A stretch of 64,000 nt of DNA from a virus. The number at the start of each line of letters is the position of its first letter. Position 1 is the stretch's first letter. Position numbers and translations under genes: made by a program. Of this stretch, positions 1-9,901 are shown piece after piece. Under the pieces are notes generated by a model. It worked only from the letters and a program-made list of their open reading frames with translations, was not told the DNA's origin and searched no databases. The stretch spans positions 5,198 to 69,197 of IMG/VR virus record IMGVR_UViG_3300036761_001580; one strand, 5' to 3'.

Positions 1-1408
1 TGATGGCGGTCGCCGCGGTCCAGTTGATCGTGTGCGTACCGTACCCGAGGATGATGGTCCCTGGAGACTCGGTCGTCGCGATGATCGCCTGGATGAGCGC
101 CTGGAGTCCCGTGCCTCCTGCGGGCACGAAGTACACTCCGTTGCCCTTGATCCAACCGCCCACATCGGTTGCCACGGAGATCTTGGCAGAGACACCCGCA
201 TAGGTGCTCGACGTGATGCTGATGTTCCCGGGGGAAGTGACCGTGATGCCGTTGCCGCCGCTCTGGATGGTGATCCCCGAGGTCGTGTTCGTGCTCCCCA
301 GTGTGAGTGCCTTTACACCCGCGCCGGTCGCTATGTTGATGCTGTTCGAAGTAGCATCGGTACTGAAGTTGATGGTGCCGGTACCCGAGTAGATGCTCAG
401 CCCCACGTTCACCGTGTAGATGCTGCTCAGCGTACCGCTGTCGCCGTAACCAACGATGTTGAAAGCATCTCGACTAGAAATCGAAATGTCGCCGGTACCA
501 CTCTGAATGGTTGTCGAAGAGGTGGTGTTGGTGCTTCCTACAGTGACGGTTTTGACCGCAGCGCCGGCTCCAAAGCGCAAGATAGTGGCCGCGGCGTCAT
601 CACTGATATAGACCCTGCCGGTACCTGTATATATGACCAAGTCGGTGTTGGTTGTGTAGATGTAATTGGTGATCGCCGCACCGGAACTGGAGATGGAGAA
701 GGCTCCGGTGCTTGTGATCACCATACCCGCGGTACCGCTCTGCACGGTGGTGATCGAAGTGGTGTCGATACTTCCGACAGTGACGTTTTTGACGCCAGCA
801 CCAGTACCAAACCTGAGAGGTTGTGCAGTGGCATCATCACCAATGTACAGGCGGCCCGTTCCCGAGTAGATCATCAGGTTGACGTTGGTCGTGTAGATGG
901 AGCTGGCGACAGCACCTGTGATGGTAAAGGCTCCCGTGCTCGTAACGGATGTACCTCCGGTGCCGCTCTGCACGGTGGTGATCGAAGTGGTGTTGGTGCT
1001 CCCTACCGTAACAGTCTTGACCCCTGCACCCGCCCCAAAACGGCAAGTATTCGCCGTAGCGTCATCACCGAGATACAGCCTACCCGTCCCCGTGTAGACC
1101 AGTATGTCTGCGTTGGTCGTGTAGATGGAGCTGGCGGCAGCCCCTGAGATGGTAAAGGCATCCGCAGAGGTCAACTGAATCTGACCCGCTCCCGTCGTAG
1201 TCACCGTGAAATTGTTCGCCAGCTTGGGAGTGAAGGAGATGGCGTCCCCGATGGACCCTCGGGCAAAGCCTCCTGAAGAAAACGAAAGGGTCAGCGCAGC
1301 TGAATGATAGATGCCTGTGGCGGTGTCCCCTGAAAACGCAAAGGATGGGGTTCCCACAGACCCTACCGGGATATGGAGACCGTTCTTTACGACGAACTCG
1401 TTAGCCAT
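1..1408 (-). CDS. Tail fibre-like repeat protein (partial, continues beyond window start)
   Basis: Own minus-strand translation from ATG at 1408 (MANEFVVKNGLHIPVGSVGTPSFAFSGDTATGIYHSAAL...) stays open to position 1. ~76-aa Gly/Thr/Ala-rich tandem units match ~228-bp DNA tandem repeats at ~500-1150. Absent from the ORF track only because it runs off the window. Plus-strand ORF 32..1147 is the Arg/Asp/Gly-rich antisense artefact. Confidence 0.5.
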   Translation of the reverse strand, partial: MANEFVVKNGLHIPVGSVGTPSFAFSGDTATGIYHSAALTLSFSSGGFARGSIGDAISFTPKLANNFTVTTTGAGQIQLTSADAFTISGAAASSIYTTNADILVYTGTGRLYLGDDATANTCRFGAGAGVKTVTVGSTNTTSITTVQSGTGGTSVTSTGAFTITGAVASSIYTTNVNLMIYSGTGRLYIGDDATAQPLRFGTGAGVKNVTVGSIDTTSITTVQSGTAGMVITSTGAFSISSSGAAITNYIYTTNTDLVIYTGTGRVYISDDAAATILRFGAGAAVKTVTVGSTNTTSSTTIQSGTGDISISSRDAFNIVGYGDSGTLSSIYTVNVGLSIYSGTGTINFSTDATSNSINIATGAGVKALTLGSTNTTSGITIQSGGNGITVTSPGNISITSSTYAGVSAKISVATDVGGWIKGNGVYFVPAGGTGLQALIQAIIATTESPGTIILGYGTHTINWTAATAI

Positions 1409-1433
1409 TTTTCAGCCCTTTCACTTTCCAGAG

Positions 1434-3179
1434 CTAGAGCGTTACCTTGCGCCTCAATGCCTTGAAGTTGTAGACGTTCACGCCCGCGTTGGCGGCGTTG
1501 AGACTGAGGTTCGCGCCGGAGTGCGACACGGTGAACACGATGTCCGTCGTCACACCCATGTCCGTGGTGACCGTCTCGTAGAGCTTCGCGTCAGGAACAC
1601 TCTGGTCCCAGGTTGCCAACAAGGTGCCCCCACGGATGTTGCCCGCGAACTGGATGATGAAGAACCACTCGGCCGTGCCGTCAGTAGCAGCCGCAAAAGT
1701 ATCAGGAGAGGAGGCACCACCCGGGATCGTCGTCGAGATGACCGCAGCGGCCCCTCCGGAGGACTTCAGCTCGTTCAGGGCACCGATGATGGAGGTCGCC
1801 GTGAACCCCGACAGCGTGACGTTCCCGGCCTCGTTCAGGGTGATCGCAGCTACGGTACCCCGGGCCCCAAAGGTCAAATCCGCCGCCGCCCCGGAGACCG
1901 AGAAGTTCGAAGCGGTCGCAGCGTCGAGGCTGATCGCCGCGGTCGCATCCAGCGTGCAGTCGGTACAGTCGATGTTCAGCGTGCTCTTGCAGGCCAGATC
2001 GATGTTGCCTTGACCAGCACCCCCGTTCGTGACGTTGATGGTGAGCAGAACTGCGCCGGCAGCGGCTCCGGTGATCGTGAAGTTCGAACCCGTTACCGCA
2101 TCGATGCTGATCCCGCCGGTCGCGTCCAGTGTGTACGCAGCGCAGTCCAGGTCCATCGTAGTCTTACATGCGAGGGTCAAGTTCCCTGCGCCGGCACCTG
2201 CGTTCGTGCAGTTGATCGTCAAGGTCTGCGCGGCAGCGTTGGTCGCTCCCAAGGTGATGTTCGAAGTAGTAAGAGCGTCGATGCTCAGTGCACCTGTAAC
2301 GTCCAAATCGCACTGCGCGCAGTCTATGTTCAATCCAGAGACGCTGTTGATGATGAGCGTGGTGCCCGCGCCACCCGTAGCCAGAATCGACAGTGTGTCT
2401 TCGCAGCTGACGGTGAGGTTCCCCGTACCAGCTCCCAAGTTCGTGCAGCTCAAAAGCAAGGTCTGGGCCGCAACGGAGTTGGCCCCTATCGTAACGTTCG
2501 AATTCAACGCGGAATCGAAACTGAACGCTCCCGTAGCGTCCAAGGAGCAGTCCGTACAGTCTATGTCCAACATGGTCTTGCAGCTCATGGTGAGGTTGCC
2601 CGCACCAACGCCCGCGTTGGAACACGTTATCGTCAGAGTCTGTGCAGCCGCATTGTTGGACACCAGCTGCAAGGCACTCGTGAGGTTCGCACTGATCGTC
2701 GCCGCCGCGGAGTAGACATTGAGGCTCGTCGGCGTGACGTTGTTTCCGATGTTGATAGAGCCGGTCGCGTTCAAGCCGATGTAGGTTTTTGACTTGAAAT
2801 CCAAGGTCGCCGTGCCCGAAGACACGACCATAAAAGTACCGTTCGCAGCGCTGAAGGAGATGTCTCCGGTGCCGCCGCCAACATTCGTAACCGTGATGGA
2901 AAAGGTCTTCGCGAGTGCACTGTTCGCGGTCAAGGTGATCGAAGAGTCATCCACCGCCGCCAGGGTGATGTACCCCGTCGTGGCATTCAAAGTGATGTGC
3001 CGGGTCGCAGAGAGGGTGATGTCCGAGTTCGCACCGGTCGTCTGGAAGCTCAGAGCGGTCGCAGCGGTGGCCTGGACCATGCCGCCAGCGGCAATACGGT
3101 CAGTGTCCAGAACCAGGCGAGGATCAATAGTAAGCCCGCTTGTGGTGCTGAAACGAGACAGTACCCGAAGATTAGCCAT
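1434..3179 (-). CDS. Tail fibre protein with ~55-aa tandem 'NLT..C' repeats
   Basis: 581-aa ORF, Ala/Gly/Thr-rich, repeated TLTI(N)CTNAGAGAGNLTxxCK...DCTDCxLDATG units. RBS GGGAGGG before ATG. Confidence 0.6.
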   Translation of the reverse strand: MANLRVLSRFSTTSGLTIDPRLVLDTDRIAAGGMVQATAATALSFQTTGANSDITLSATRHITLNATTGYITLAAVDDSSITLTANSALAKTFSITVTNVGGGTGDISFSAANGTFMVVSSGTATLDFKSKTYIGLNATGSINIGNNVTPTSLNVYSAAATISANLTSALQLVSNNAAAQTLTITCSNAGVGAGNLTMSCKTMLDIDCTDCSLDATGAFSFDSALNSNVTIGANSVAAQTLLLSCTNLGAGTGNLTVSCEDTLSILATGGAGTTLIINSVSGLNIDCAQCDLDVTGALSIDALTTSNITLGATNAAAQTLTINCTNAGAGAGNLTLACKTTMDLDCAAYTLDATGGISIDAVTGSNFTITGAAAGAVLLTINVTNGGAGQGNIDLACKSTLNIDCTDCTLDATAAISLDAATASNFSVSGAAADLTFGARGTVAAITLNEAGNVTLSGFTATSIIGALNELKSSGGAAAVISTTIPGGASSPDTFAAATDGTAEWFFIIQFAGNIRGGTLLATWDQSVPDAKLYETVTTDMGVTTDIVFTVSHSGANLSLNAANAGVNVYNFKALRRKVTL

Positions 3180-3197
3180 TCAACCCTCCCGATCATC

Positions 3198-3226
3198 CCT
3201 CCGTGCGCCACCAGACGCACGGAGGG
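3198..3226 (-). other. 11-bp-stem hairpin CCCTCCGTGCG-N7-CGCACGGAGGG between fibre genes
   Basis: Perfect inverted repeat in the 74-bp gap between 3254..4942 stop and 1434..3179 start. No T-tract follows. Confidence 0.5.
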
Positions 3227-3253
3227 ACTCGGTTCCTCAATCGACGACCTCGA

Positions 3254-4942
3254 CTAGAGCACAGTCGGGATCGTGATGTGTGCCCACAGCGTGTGCGCCG
3301 TAACCGGCCCAACGTCTGTAGCCGCCGCGTAGCCCACGCACTGAACCATGTTTCCACCAGCTATCGGAGCGGTCTTGCTCACCTTTCCTGCTGTAGTGCT
3401 CGTGTAGATCATGTCGCCGCGCGCCCAGGTCTCCGCCGCCGGAGAGGTCACGGCAATGAGGCCGCTGGTCTTCACTTGCACCGGAGTGCCGCCGCCTGCG
3501 GTCGCTCCCGCGAAGCCGAAGCACTTAGCTACCGACGAGGTCGCGGTGGTAGCATCCGCGTTCATGACCTGATCATTCGTGGACGAGCCACCGAGCGCGT
3601 AGCCCAGAGTCGTGCCGGGAGCGGTCACAGTCGCCACGAAGCCACTGCCGGTCGAGTAGGCCGTGTTGACCGCCGAGATCAAGGAGGTGAGGTCACCGAA
3701 GTTCGCCACGAACGTGGTATACTCAACCGCGTTGTTCGCCAACGGCATCGGAGCGGTGTAACCGCCGCCCGCCATGTAGCTGTCGGTGAAGTTGACCTCG
3801 CCGCCTGTCGCGGTGAGGTTCAAGTTGGTGAAGCCCGTGAGGGACAGAGCACCGGCCGCCGTCGACCAGGTGGCCGCAGCCGCCGAGGTCAGGGTCAGAG
3901 CACCGGCCGCCGTCGACCAGGTGGAGCCCGCCGCCGCGGTGATCGTCAGCGCGCCGACCGAGGTCGTGAGGTTCGAAGCGCCGGCCGCGTCGATCTGGAT
4001 GCCGTTGGCCCCCGCGTTGAGGTCGATCCGGATCGCGTTGCCCTCGATCTCGGTGGAGGCCGCGTTGCCGAGCGTGATCGTGCGCGCCGCCGCGCCCGTG
4101 CCGACGTTGATGGCGAAAGCGTTCGCATCGTCACCGATGTTGATCGCCGCACCCGACGAGTTGATCGACAGCGCACCCGCCGCGTCGAGGTCCATCGTAG
4201 TGGACGCCGAAGCCGTGAACGACGTGACGCGGGCTTCGAGGGTCATCGCGTTCGCGCCCGTCGAAGTCAGGGCCAGCCAGTCGGCACCACCGTTGCTCGA
4301 AGCGAACGTGACGGAAGTACCCGCCGTGGCGCTGTCCATGTTGATGAGGAAGGGACCATCCGCAGTCAGGGTGATGATACCCGCGGTTGCCGGAGTACCC
4401 GCATCGTACGACTGCTGCAACGTGTTGCCGGCCGCAGCTCCCGCGGCGACCCACGCAGCACCGTTCCACCATTCGAACGCATTGGCCGCAGTGACGCGAA
4501 TGGCACCGGCCTCACCGACCGAAGTGCTCGGCAGGACCATGACGCCCGTACCGGTGACACGGCTGAACCGGAGGTCCTTCGTGTCGGCGATGGTCATGTC
4601 GACCCGAAGACTGACAATCGTGTCTGTAGCTCCGGCCGTACCGATGTTCACGATGTCGCCCGCCGAGACAAACGCCCCGCCGAGAGTGATGGTATCGCCA
4701 TCACCCCCACCCAGGGTGACGTTACCGTCACCCGTGAGAACACTGCCGTCGATCAGATGCAGCGTACCGGGGATGTTGATCGTTGTGCCCGCAGCACCGA
4801 AATTGATCGTAGTGGCATTGACAGTGCCAATGTCCATCGTCCCGGCAGGAGCGGCGTTGTCGATGTACCGAGCGTTCAGAACGTCGGTAGCCTCGACAAA
4901 GTTTCGAACTATGCCTGAGGGTCTTACGAGTGCCAAAACCAT
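3254..4942 (-). CDS. Tail fibre/structural protein (Gly/Ala/Thr-rich)
   Basis: 562-aa ORF. N-terminal GDGNVTLGGGDGDTITLGG fibre-like repeats. Same strand and block as neighbouring fibre genes. Confidence 0.55.
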   Translation of the reverse strand: MVLALVRPSGIVRNFVEATDVLNARYIDNAAPAGTMDIGTVNATTINFGAAGTTINIPGTLHLIDGSVLTGDGNVTLGGGDGDTITLGGAFVSAGDIVNIGTAGATDTIVSLRVDMTIADTKDLRFSRVTGTGVMVLPSTSVGEAGAIRVTAANAFEWWNGAAWVAAGAAAGNTLQQSYDAGTPATAGIITLTADGPFLINMDSATAGTSVTFASSNGGADWLALTSTGANAMTLEARVTSFTASASTTMDLDAAGALSINSSGAAINIGDDANAFAINVGTGAAARTITLGNAASTEIEGNAIRIDLNAGANGIQIDAAGASNLTTSVGALTITAAAGSTWSTAAGALTLTSAAAATWSTAAGALSLTGFTNLNLTATGGEVNFTDSYMAGGGYTAPMPLANNAVEYTTFVANFGDLTSLISAVNTAYSTGSGFVATVTAPGTTLGYALGGSSTNDQVMNADATTATSSVAKCFGFAGATAGGGTPVQVKTSGLIAVTSPAAETWARGDMIYTSTTAGKVSKTAPIAGGNMVQCVGYAAATDVGPVTAHTLWAHITIPTVL

Positions 4943-4975
4943 GATCTACCTCCCTTTCGAATCGTTTCTGCCCAC

Positions 4976-5305
4976 CTACAGCTCGATGTGGTGGGTCAGG
5001 TTGTTTGCGACGACCGCGAACGGGTTGAAGTCCGCGTAGTCTTCGTGGTTGTACGTCTTGACCGTTGCCTCCAGATCACCCTTGGGCTGCCTCGTGATCT
5101 TCGGGATCTTCGGAGGCCGGTAGCCTTCCAGCTGGATCTTCACGAGCTGGTCCTCGGTCTTGATGATCTCGCCCTCGCGGAGCACGACCTCCCGAGGGCC
5201 GTACTGCGTCGTGATGCGCAGCTTGATGACCGAGTCGCCCTCGAACTGGCTGATGAGCTGTGCCGGGACGCCCGCCAGCGAGATCCTGTACTTCTTGATC
5301 GCCAT
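4976..5305 (-). CDS. Hypothetical protein
   Basis: 109-aa ORF tightly packed in the leftward structural block. Confidence 0.4.
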   Translation of the reverse strand: MAIKKYRISLAGVPAQLISQFEGDSVIKLRITTQYGPREVVLREGEIIKTEDQLVKIQLEGYRPPKIPKITRQPKGDLEATVKTYNHEDYADFNPFAVVANNLTHHIEL

Positions 5306-5317
5306 GCTCTCCTCCTG

Positions 5318-5992
5318 CTAGACCCTTGTCGGCAGGGTCGGGTTCATTACCAAGGTCGCCGCGCTGCGAGCGGTGCCTACCATCTGCTTCACAGTCGCCG
5401 TCACGGGAATGAGCAGCTCGGTGACGAAAGCGCCACCATCCCCGAGGTAGTAGTCCGCACCGGGCACCAGGCCGCCGAACCCAGAGACCTCCGCACGGTA
5501 GGCAACGTCGCACACGAGACCGCCCCCGTAGACGCTGATCACCAGGCCGTCAGCCTTGTTCCCAGGGGTCGCGCCGGCCAAGGCCACCGAGTTCACTGCG
5601 TCGATGTAGGCGAGCTGGCCGGCCACGGTGCCCAGAGGGCAGGAAAACCCATACCCGATGAACCCGGCAGACGCCGCGTACCTCAGATCGTAGTCGTTCC
5701 CCAGCTCGTCCGTGTAGATGATGGCGTAGCTCGGAGCTGTCGTCGTGTCGATCCACAAGGAGGGGACCCCGGGAGGGGCTGGGTTCGCAACGTGACCGAC
5801 CGGATCGAACGCCAGCCCGCCCGTGCTCTGAACCAGGGCGTTGTCCGTGTTCAGCTTGGCTTGGAGGGCCATCACCGCGGAGGCCAAGGAGTTCGGGTGG
5901 TTGGCCCATACGATGTCCACCCCGTCGATTTGTGAGACGAGGAAGTTATCGAGAACCACAGGGTATCCACTGGGAAAGGGCCAAAACGCCAT
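5318..5992 (-). CDS. Hypothetical virion protein
   Basis: 224-aa ORF immediately downstream of a late-type promoter motif at 6022-6056. Confidence 0.45.
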   Translation of the reverse strand: MAFWPFPSGYPVVLDNFLVSQIDGVDIVWANHPNSLASAVMALQAKLNTDNALVQSTGGLAFDPVGHVANPAPPGVPSLWIDTTTAPSYAIIYTDELGNDYDLRYAASAGFIGYGFSCPLGTVAGQLAYIDAVNSVALAGATPGNKADGLVISVYGGGLVCDVAYRAEVSGFGGLVPGADYYLGDGGAFVTELLIPVTATVKQMVGTARSAATLVMNPTLPTRV

Positions 5993-6021
5993 GAAAATAC
6001 CTCGTTGCCTTCAGCACGAGG

Positions 6022-6056
6022 AGTATAACCCGGACACCCGTAGGGATTTTTAAATT
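6022..6056 (-). promoter_or_regulatory. Late-type promoter motif
   Basis: Minus reading caaTTTAAAAATCCctacgggtgtccgggtTATACTcc. Confidence 0.4.
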
Positions 6057-6075
6057 GAAAGGGTACCTGGAGGAG

Positions 6076-6576
6076 CTAACGTGGTCTCTTCGAACCGACG
6101 TACTGGGTCGCAGGGTTGCTTTCCTGGTACTGCTCGGGCTGCTGAGCACCGGGAATCTGGTCGGGCATCACGACCTGCTTGAAGTGATCCCACCAAGAAG
6201 TCGGCTGCCAGGCCTGTTGCTGCGGCTGCTGCGGCTGTTTCGGCTGCCTCTTCTTGCGAGGTGCTGGCGCGGCAGGCTGCCCACCAGCGCCAGCCCCGGG
6301 AACGGCCCCTCCGGACTGCTGAAGCTCCTGCACTTGAGCTTGCAGATCGGCGATGCCCGTTCCCAGGATCTGAAGCTCCTGCATCTGGGCTTGCAGGTTG
6401 CCCAGCCCATCCTCCAGAGCCTTCAACCGACCTTCCGTGTCCGCCACGGGAACGCCCGAAGGACCCTCGGGCATGATGAAGTCACCAGAGGCAGGATCCG
6501 TGGCGTAGTCTTGCGCAAGAACCACTCTTCCGATCCTGCGAATCGCCTGTTCCGACAAACCAAGACCTTTGCGCAT
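6076..6576 (-). CDS. Hypothetical coiled-coil protein (Gln-rich C-terminus)
   Basis: 166-aa ORF downstream of late-type promoter motif at 6596-6628. LQAQMQELQ...LQAQVQELQ heptad repeats. Confidence 0.45.
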   Translation of the reverse strand: MRKGLGLSEQAIRRIGRVVLAQDYATDPASGDFIMPEGPSGVPVADTEGRLKALEDGLGNLQAQMQELQILGTGIADLQAQVQELQQSGGAVPGAGAGGQPAAPAPRKKRQPKQPQQPQQQAWQPTSWWDHFKQVVMPDQIPGAQQPEQYQESNPATQYVGSKRPR

Positions 6577-6595
6577 AGGACCTCCTGAAGGCCTC

Positions 6596-6628
6596 AGTAT
6601 ACCAAGGACGGTCTTGGATTTTTAAAGG
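6596..6628 (-). promoter_or_regulatory. Late-type promoter motif
   Basis: Minus reading cggccTTTAAAAATCCaagaccgtccttggTATACTgagg. Confidence 0.45.
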
Positions 6629-7485
6629 CCGTACGCGCCCGGATCGATGGGACCTGTGTACGGTTTCGTGTTCCGAATGTATTGATGGAAGTATTTTCCC
6701 TGGGAGTCGGCGGCGAGCAGGTCATCGAACTCCGACTGGGAGACGTTGCTGTACCTGTAGAGGGTCCGCGGGGTCGAGCGCTTCTCCGCGAAGATGATGT
6801 AGAGCAGCTCTTCCTCCGGAATGTACCCCACGGCCTCCAGGTTGCTCGACTTGACGGGGATCATCTCCGGCATGTCCCGCTTGTCTTCGAAGCCCGGAGG
6901 AGGCGGTGGGGGCTCCTCGGTCACGGGGATCCCCACGGGCTCAACCGGCGGGCCCGGCATCTCCTCCGGAGGCGGCGGGATGTTCGGCTCAGGTCCAGGA
7001 CCGTACCCCGGCGGCGCGGGCTCGGCCATCGGCTCAATGACTTCCTTCGGTTCCATGCTGTACATGTCTTCAGTACCTGGTTCCCTCTCGGGGAACGGCT
7101 CACCGAACTCCTCTTGGTACTCGTCCTCGGGACCTTGGCTCCACCAGTTCTTGAACCGGTCCTTCAGGTTCTGCCACCACTGCGCGTCCCGGTGCATCGC
7201 GGCCTTCACGAGCCGGTTCTCGATGGCCCGATCATCCAGCCCCGTGTTCTGGCGCAGGATGTCCCGCACAGCCCCAGAGCGCAGGAACTCGGCCACCGCG
7301 GCGGAGGCCGCGACGTTGCCGGTCCGGGGCCCGATGTCCAGCTCGGCGAGCGCCATCGTGAAGGTGAACCGCTCCTCCTCGGGAAGCTGGTTGAGGAGGT
7401 CCGAGTAGTGCTGCTGCCGAAGGATTCGCTCCTTGCCGGCGGACAGCTTGGCGGACTCTATCGCTTCATCGAGGGTGATCGCCAT
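6622..7485 (-). CDS. Hypothetical Pro-rich protein
   Basis: 287-aa ORF. Central PPPPEEMPGPPVEP proline tract. Immediately downstream of the terminase gene on the same strand. Confidence 0.45.
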   Translation of the reverse strand: MAITLDEAIESAKLSAGKERILRQQHYSDLLNQLPEEERFTFTMALAELDIGPRTGNVAASAAVAEFLRSGAVRDILRQNTGLDDRAIENRLVKAAMHRDAQWWQNLKDRFKNWWSQGPEDEYQEEFGEPFPEREPGTEDMYSMEPKEVIEPMAEPAPPGYGPGPEPNIPPPPEEMPGPPVEPVGIPVTEEPPPPPPGFEDKRDMPEMIPVKSSNLEAVGYIPEEELLYIIFAEKRSTPRTLYRYSNVSQSEFDDLLAADSQGKYFHQYIRNTKPYTGPIDPGAYGL

Positions 7486-7639
7486 CAGGAAGCTCCTTGC
7501 AGGTGGTGAACCACTCGCCGCAAACCTCAGGGCGGCAGTACGAGCAGCGCGAATTGTAGCACGGCGGAGGTGTCGCGGTTTTAACCTCGCGAGAGGCAGC
7601 GTCGACCTTGATGACCTCGACCGGCTTCCTCTTCGGCAT
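7480..7639 (-). CDS. Small Cys-rich (zinc-ribbon-like) protein, ~53 aa
   Basis: Own translation: MPKRKPVEVIKVDAASREVKTATPPPCYNSRCSYCRPEVCGEWFTTCKELPDGDHPR. ATG abuts the terminase stop (TAGATG). Below the ORF-track size cut-off. Confidence 0.25.
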
Positions 7640-9901
7640 CTACCAGTTCCCCCTACCGGTAGCGACCGTCCCGATGGCCGTCGTGTCGGTGGCCGCCATA
7701 CGCTTTCTTATATTCATACGCCGCTTCATGTTCGCCTGGCTGTCCACAATAGAATCCTGGATGAGATGGTGGACGCCGACGTAGCAGCGCGCGAGATCGT
7801 CCGAGTCCCGGCCGCGAACAGTGCCCTTCTTCGGGTTGAAGAACTTCTTCAGGTCCGGAGACCGCGTGAGCTTGAGCAGCTCGACCAGCGCGACGGACTG
7901 CCCTTGCATCTGCTCCTGCGGGGTCGCGATCACGAGGGCCCCCGTGTCCGTGATGCCCACGGTGTCCTCCGCATGTGGCGGAAGGAGCTTCACCCGGCCG
8001 TTGTAGGTCATCCGCAGGAAGTTCATGAAGTGGACCGGCCCGAGCTGGACCTTCGTCGTGATGATGCCCATCGTCCGGAGCTGCTGGATCGTGGACTCGG
8101 CGTTCCAGTGGTCGAACGCCACCCCGGCGATCCGGACCTTCTTCTGGACCTCGGCGATGATGTTCACGACCGAGTTGAACCAGATGTCCCGCTCCCGGGT
8201 CGGAACGATGCGCACGGAGAAGTCGATCACCGTGCACAGCATCTCGTTCATGTGATCGAACGGACGAGCGCCGGCCTTGTTCGAGGCGGTGAAGTAGTTC
8301 GCCATGCGGCGGCGGTTCTTCTGAGCCTCCATGATCATGTCGCCGTCGGCACCGACCGGCATGTTCGCGCCGAGGAACGTCCCCAGGTCCTCGGAGAAGA
8401 CGACCCCGTACTCGTCGACAGGCTCCATCCTGCCGCGGCCCACAGGAGCCCTCTGGCGAATGAGGGGCTCTCCGTCGGGGCCAGTCTCGTCGGACTCGAA
8501 GTCATCCACGTTGAGCCACTCGGAGTGCGCGCACACGAGCCCGAACGAGTCCCAGTTGAGCCCGGCGTCACCGAACAGGTAGTAGGGGTTGACGTGGTTC
8601 AGCTTGCACTCCTCGACCTCCATGCCGATGTACTTCTTGCCCGTCGTGTCCTCGAAGAACGAGGGCCGGAAGCGGGCGATGGGATCGCGGTCGAAGTCGA
8701 TGCTCTTCCAGAACCGCTTCGGGTCGTCCACGTAGGGGCTCTCGGCGTTCGGGGGGTTCGCCCCGAAGTCGCGCTCCGCGCCCATGGCGTCCTTCACGTA
8801 GTCGTCGTCGAAGACGTGCCGCGGCATCTGCGGGTTGAAGTCCCAGGTCGCGCCCTTCCAGTAGTACGTCCTCGGCAGGATCCCCTCGGCCGCCTTGTTG
8901 TAGTGCTCCATCGCCGGGTCGTCCTGCGAGATCGGCGAGGTCACGTTCAGCATCATCCCCAGGAAAGACGGAAGCTCGTTCTGCATCACCGCGGCGCGGA
9001 CCGTGGCGAGGGACTGGTTCAGCACGCGGTACAGCTCCTTCGCGGAGCGGCTGCCCTCGGTGTCCGCGAGACGAGCCCACTCGTCGATGGACGCCATGAT
9101 GCGCGTCTTGCCGGCGACACCGGCCGAGTCGCTGGCGATGCGGTTGTAGCGCACGCGCGCCCAGCCATCCAGGATGGCGTCGGCGTTGGTGTTGTACATC
9201 CAGCGGTCGACTTCCGAGGGTTGCTGAGACTCGAAGGCCTGGACCCACGAGGAGTAGCGCTGAATCCACGGAGAGTTCTTCCGCATCTCGCGGTACTTGG
9301 CGTAGATGGTCTGCTGCGCCTGGGTCGCGGTCGACGCGGAGAAGGTGACCTCGAACCACTCACTCTTCTCCTGCCTCAGCATCCTCTGGAGGTGGCCCTG
9401 GCCGAACATGGCCCGGCTCGAAATGAAGTTCTCGAAGTACCCTCCGATGTGAGCGCCCAGGTACGATTTCCCCGAGCGCATGCCGGCCAGGATGATCGTC
9501 TCGTTGTAGGCCTGGAGGATGCCGTCATGGAGCAGCTCGCGCTGCGTGCTGCCGCACCGCGGGCACACGAAGTCCGTCTCGCTCTCGACCCAGCAGAGCA
9601 GCACCTCGGACTCCAGGTACATCCTGCTCTTGCCCCAGCAGTCGACCGCCTCGGGCTTCATCGAGTTGCAGATCGGACAGCGCACCCCGAACAGGTCGCG
9701 CATGATCTGGTACTGGCGGGTGTGGTCGAACGTCGTGGGCACGTTCCAGTAGTCGAGCCCGGTCACCCACTCGCAGATGTTCGGAGCCGGCCGACGGAGG
9801 TACTCGACCTCGGGACCGGTCAAGCCGCTCGACGTCCTCGACTCCAGCGCGGTGTCGATTCTCCTGGACAGGGAATCGAGAAATCCAGTGCCTTCGGTCA
9901 T
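7640..9901 (-). CDS. terL: Terminase large subunit (N-terminal Zn-ribbon insert, ATPase plus nuclease)
   Basis: 753-aa ORF. P-loop AGMRSGKSY, Walker-B-like RIMASIDEWA, acidic C-terminal nuclease-like region (FGDAGLNWD...). Size and position are typical of a large terminase. Confidence 0.6.
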   Translation of the reverse strand: MTEGTGFLDSLSRRIDTALESRTSSGLTGPEVEYLRRPAPNICEWVTGLDYWNVPTTFDHTRQYQIMRDLFGVRCPICNSMKPEAVDCWGKSRMYLESEVLLCWVESETDFVCPRCGSTQRELLHDGILQAYNETIILAGMRSGKSYLGAHIGGYFENFISSRAMFGQGHLQRMLRQEKSEWFEVTFSASTATQAQQTIYAKYREMRKNSPWIQRYSSWVQAFESQQPSEVDRWMYNTNADAILDGWARVRYNRIASDSAGVAGKTRIMASIDEWARLADTEGSRSAKELYRVLNQSLATVRAAVMQNELPSFLGMMLNVTSPISQDDPAMEHYNKAAEGILPRTYYWKGATWDFNPQMPRHVFDDDYVKDAMGAERDFGANPPNAESPYVDDPKRFWKSIDFDRDPIARFRPSFFEDTTGKKYIGMEVEECKLNHVNPYYLFGDAGLNWDSFGLVCAHSEWLNVDDFESDETGPDGEPLIRQRAPVGRGRMEPVDEYGVVFSEDLGTFLGANMPVGADGDMIMEAQKNRRRMANYFTASNKAGARPFDHMNEMLCTVIDFSVRIVPTRERDIWFNSVVNIIAEVQKKVRIAGVAFDHWNAESTIQQLRTMGIITTKVQLGPVHFMNFLRMTYNGRVKLLPPHAEDTVGITDTGALVIATPQEQMQGQSVALVELLKLTRSPDLKKFFNPKKGTVRGRDSDDLARCYVGVHHLIQDSIVDSQANMKRRMNIRKRMAATDTTAIGTVATGRGNW

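Noticed and set aside
32-1147. 371-aa plus-strand ORF (and similar long plus ORFs 1311..2792, 3203..4918, 3786..5039, 7433..10012, 10103..11278)
   Set aside because: Arg/Asp/Gly/Pro-rich, low-complexity translations typical of the antisense frame of high-GC genes. Each is fully overlapped by a convincing minus-strand gene with RBS and domain content.
400-1200. Diversity-generating retroelement (template/variable repeat) in the fibre gene
   Set aside because: Repeats are tandem and intragenic. Mismatches between copies are not restricted to adenines, and no reverse transcriptase gene is present in the window.
7640-9901. N-terminal Cys-rich insert of the terminase as an intein or separate gene
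   Set aside because: No intein splicing blocks (C/S...HN) flank it and the reading frame is continuous with the ATPase domain. Treated as a zinc-ribbon insertion.
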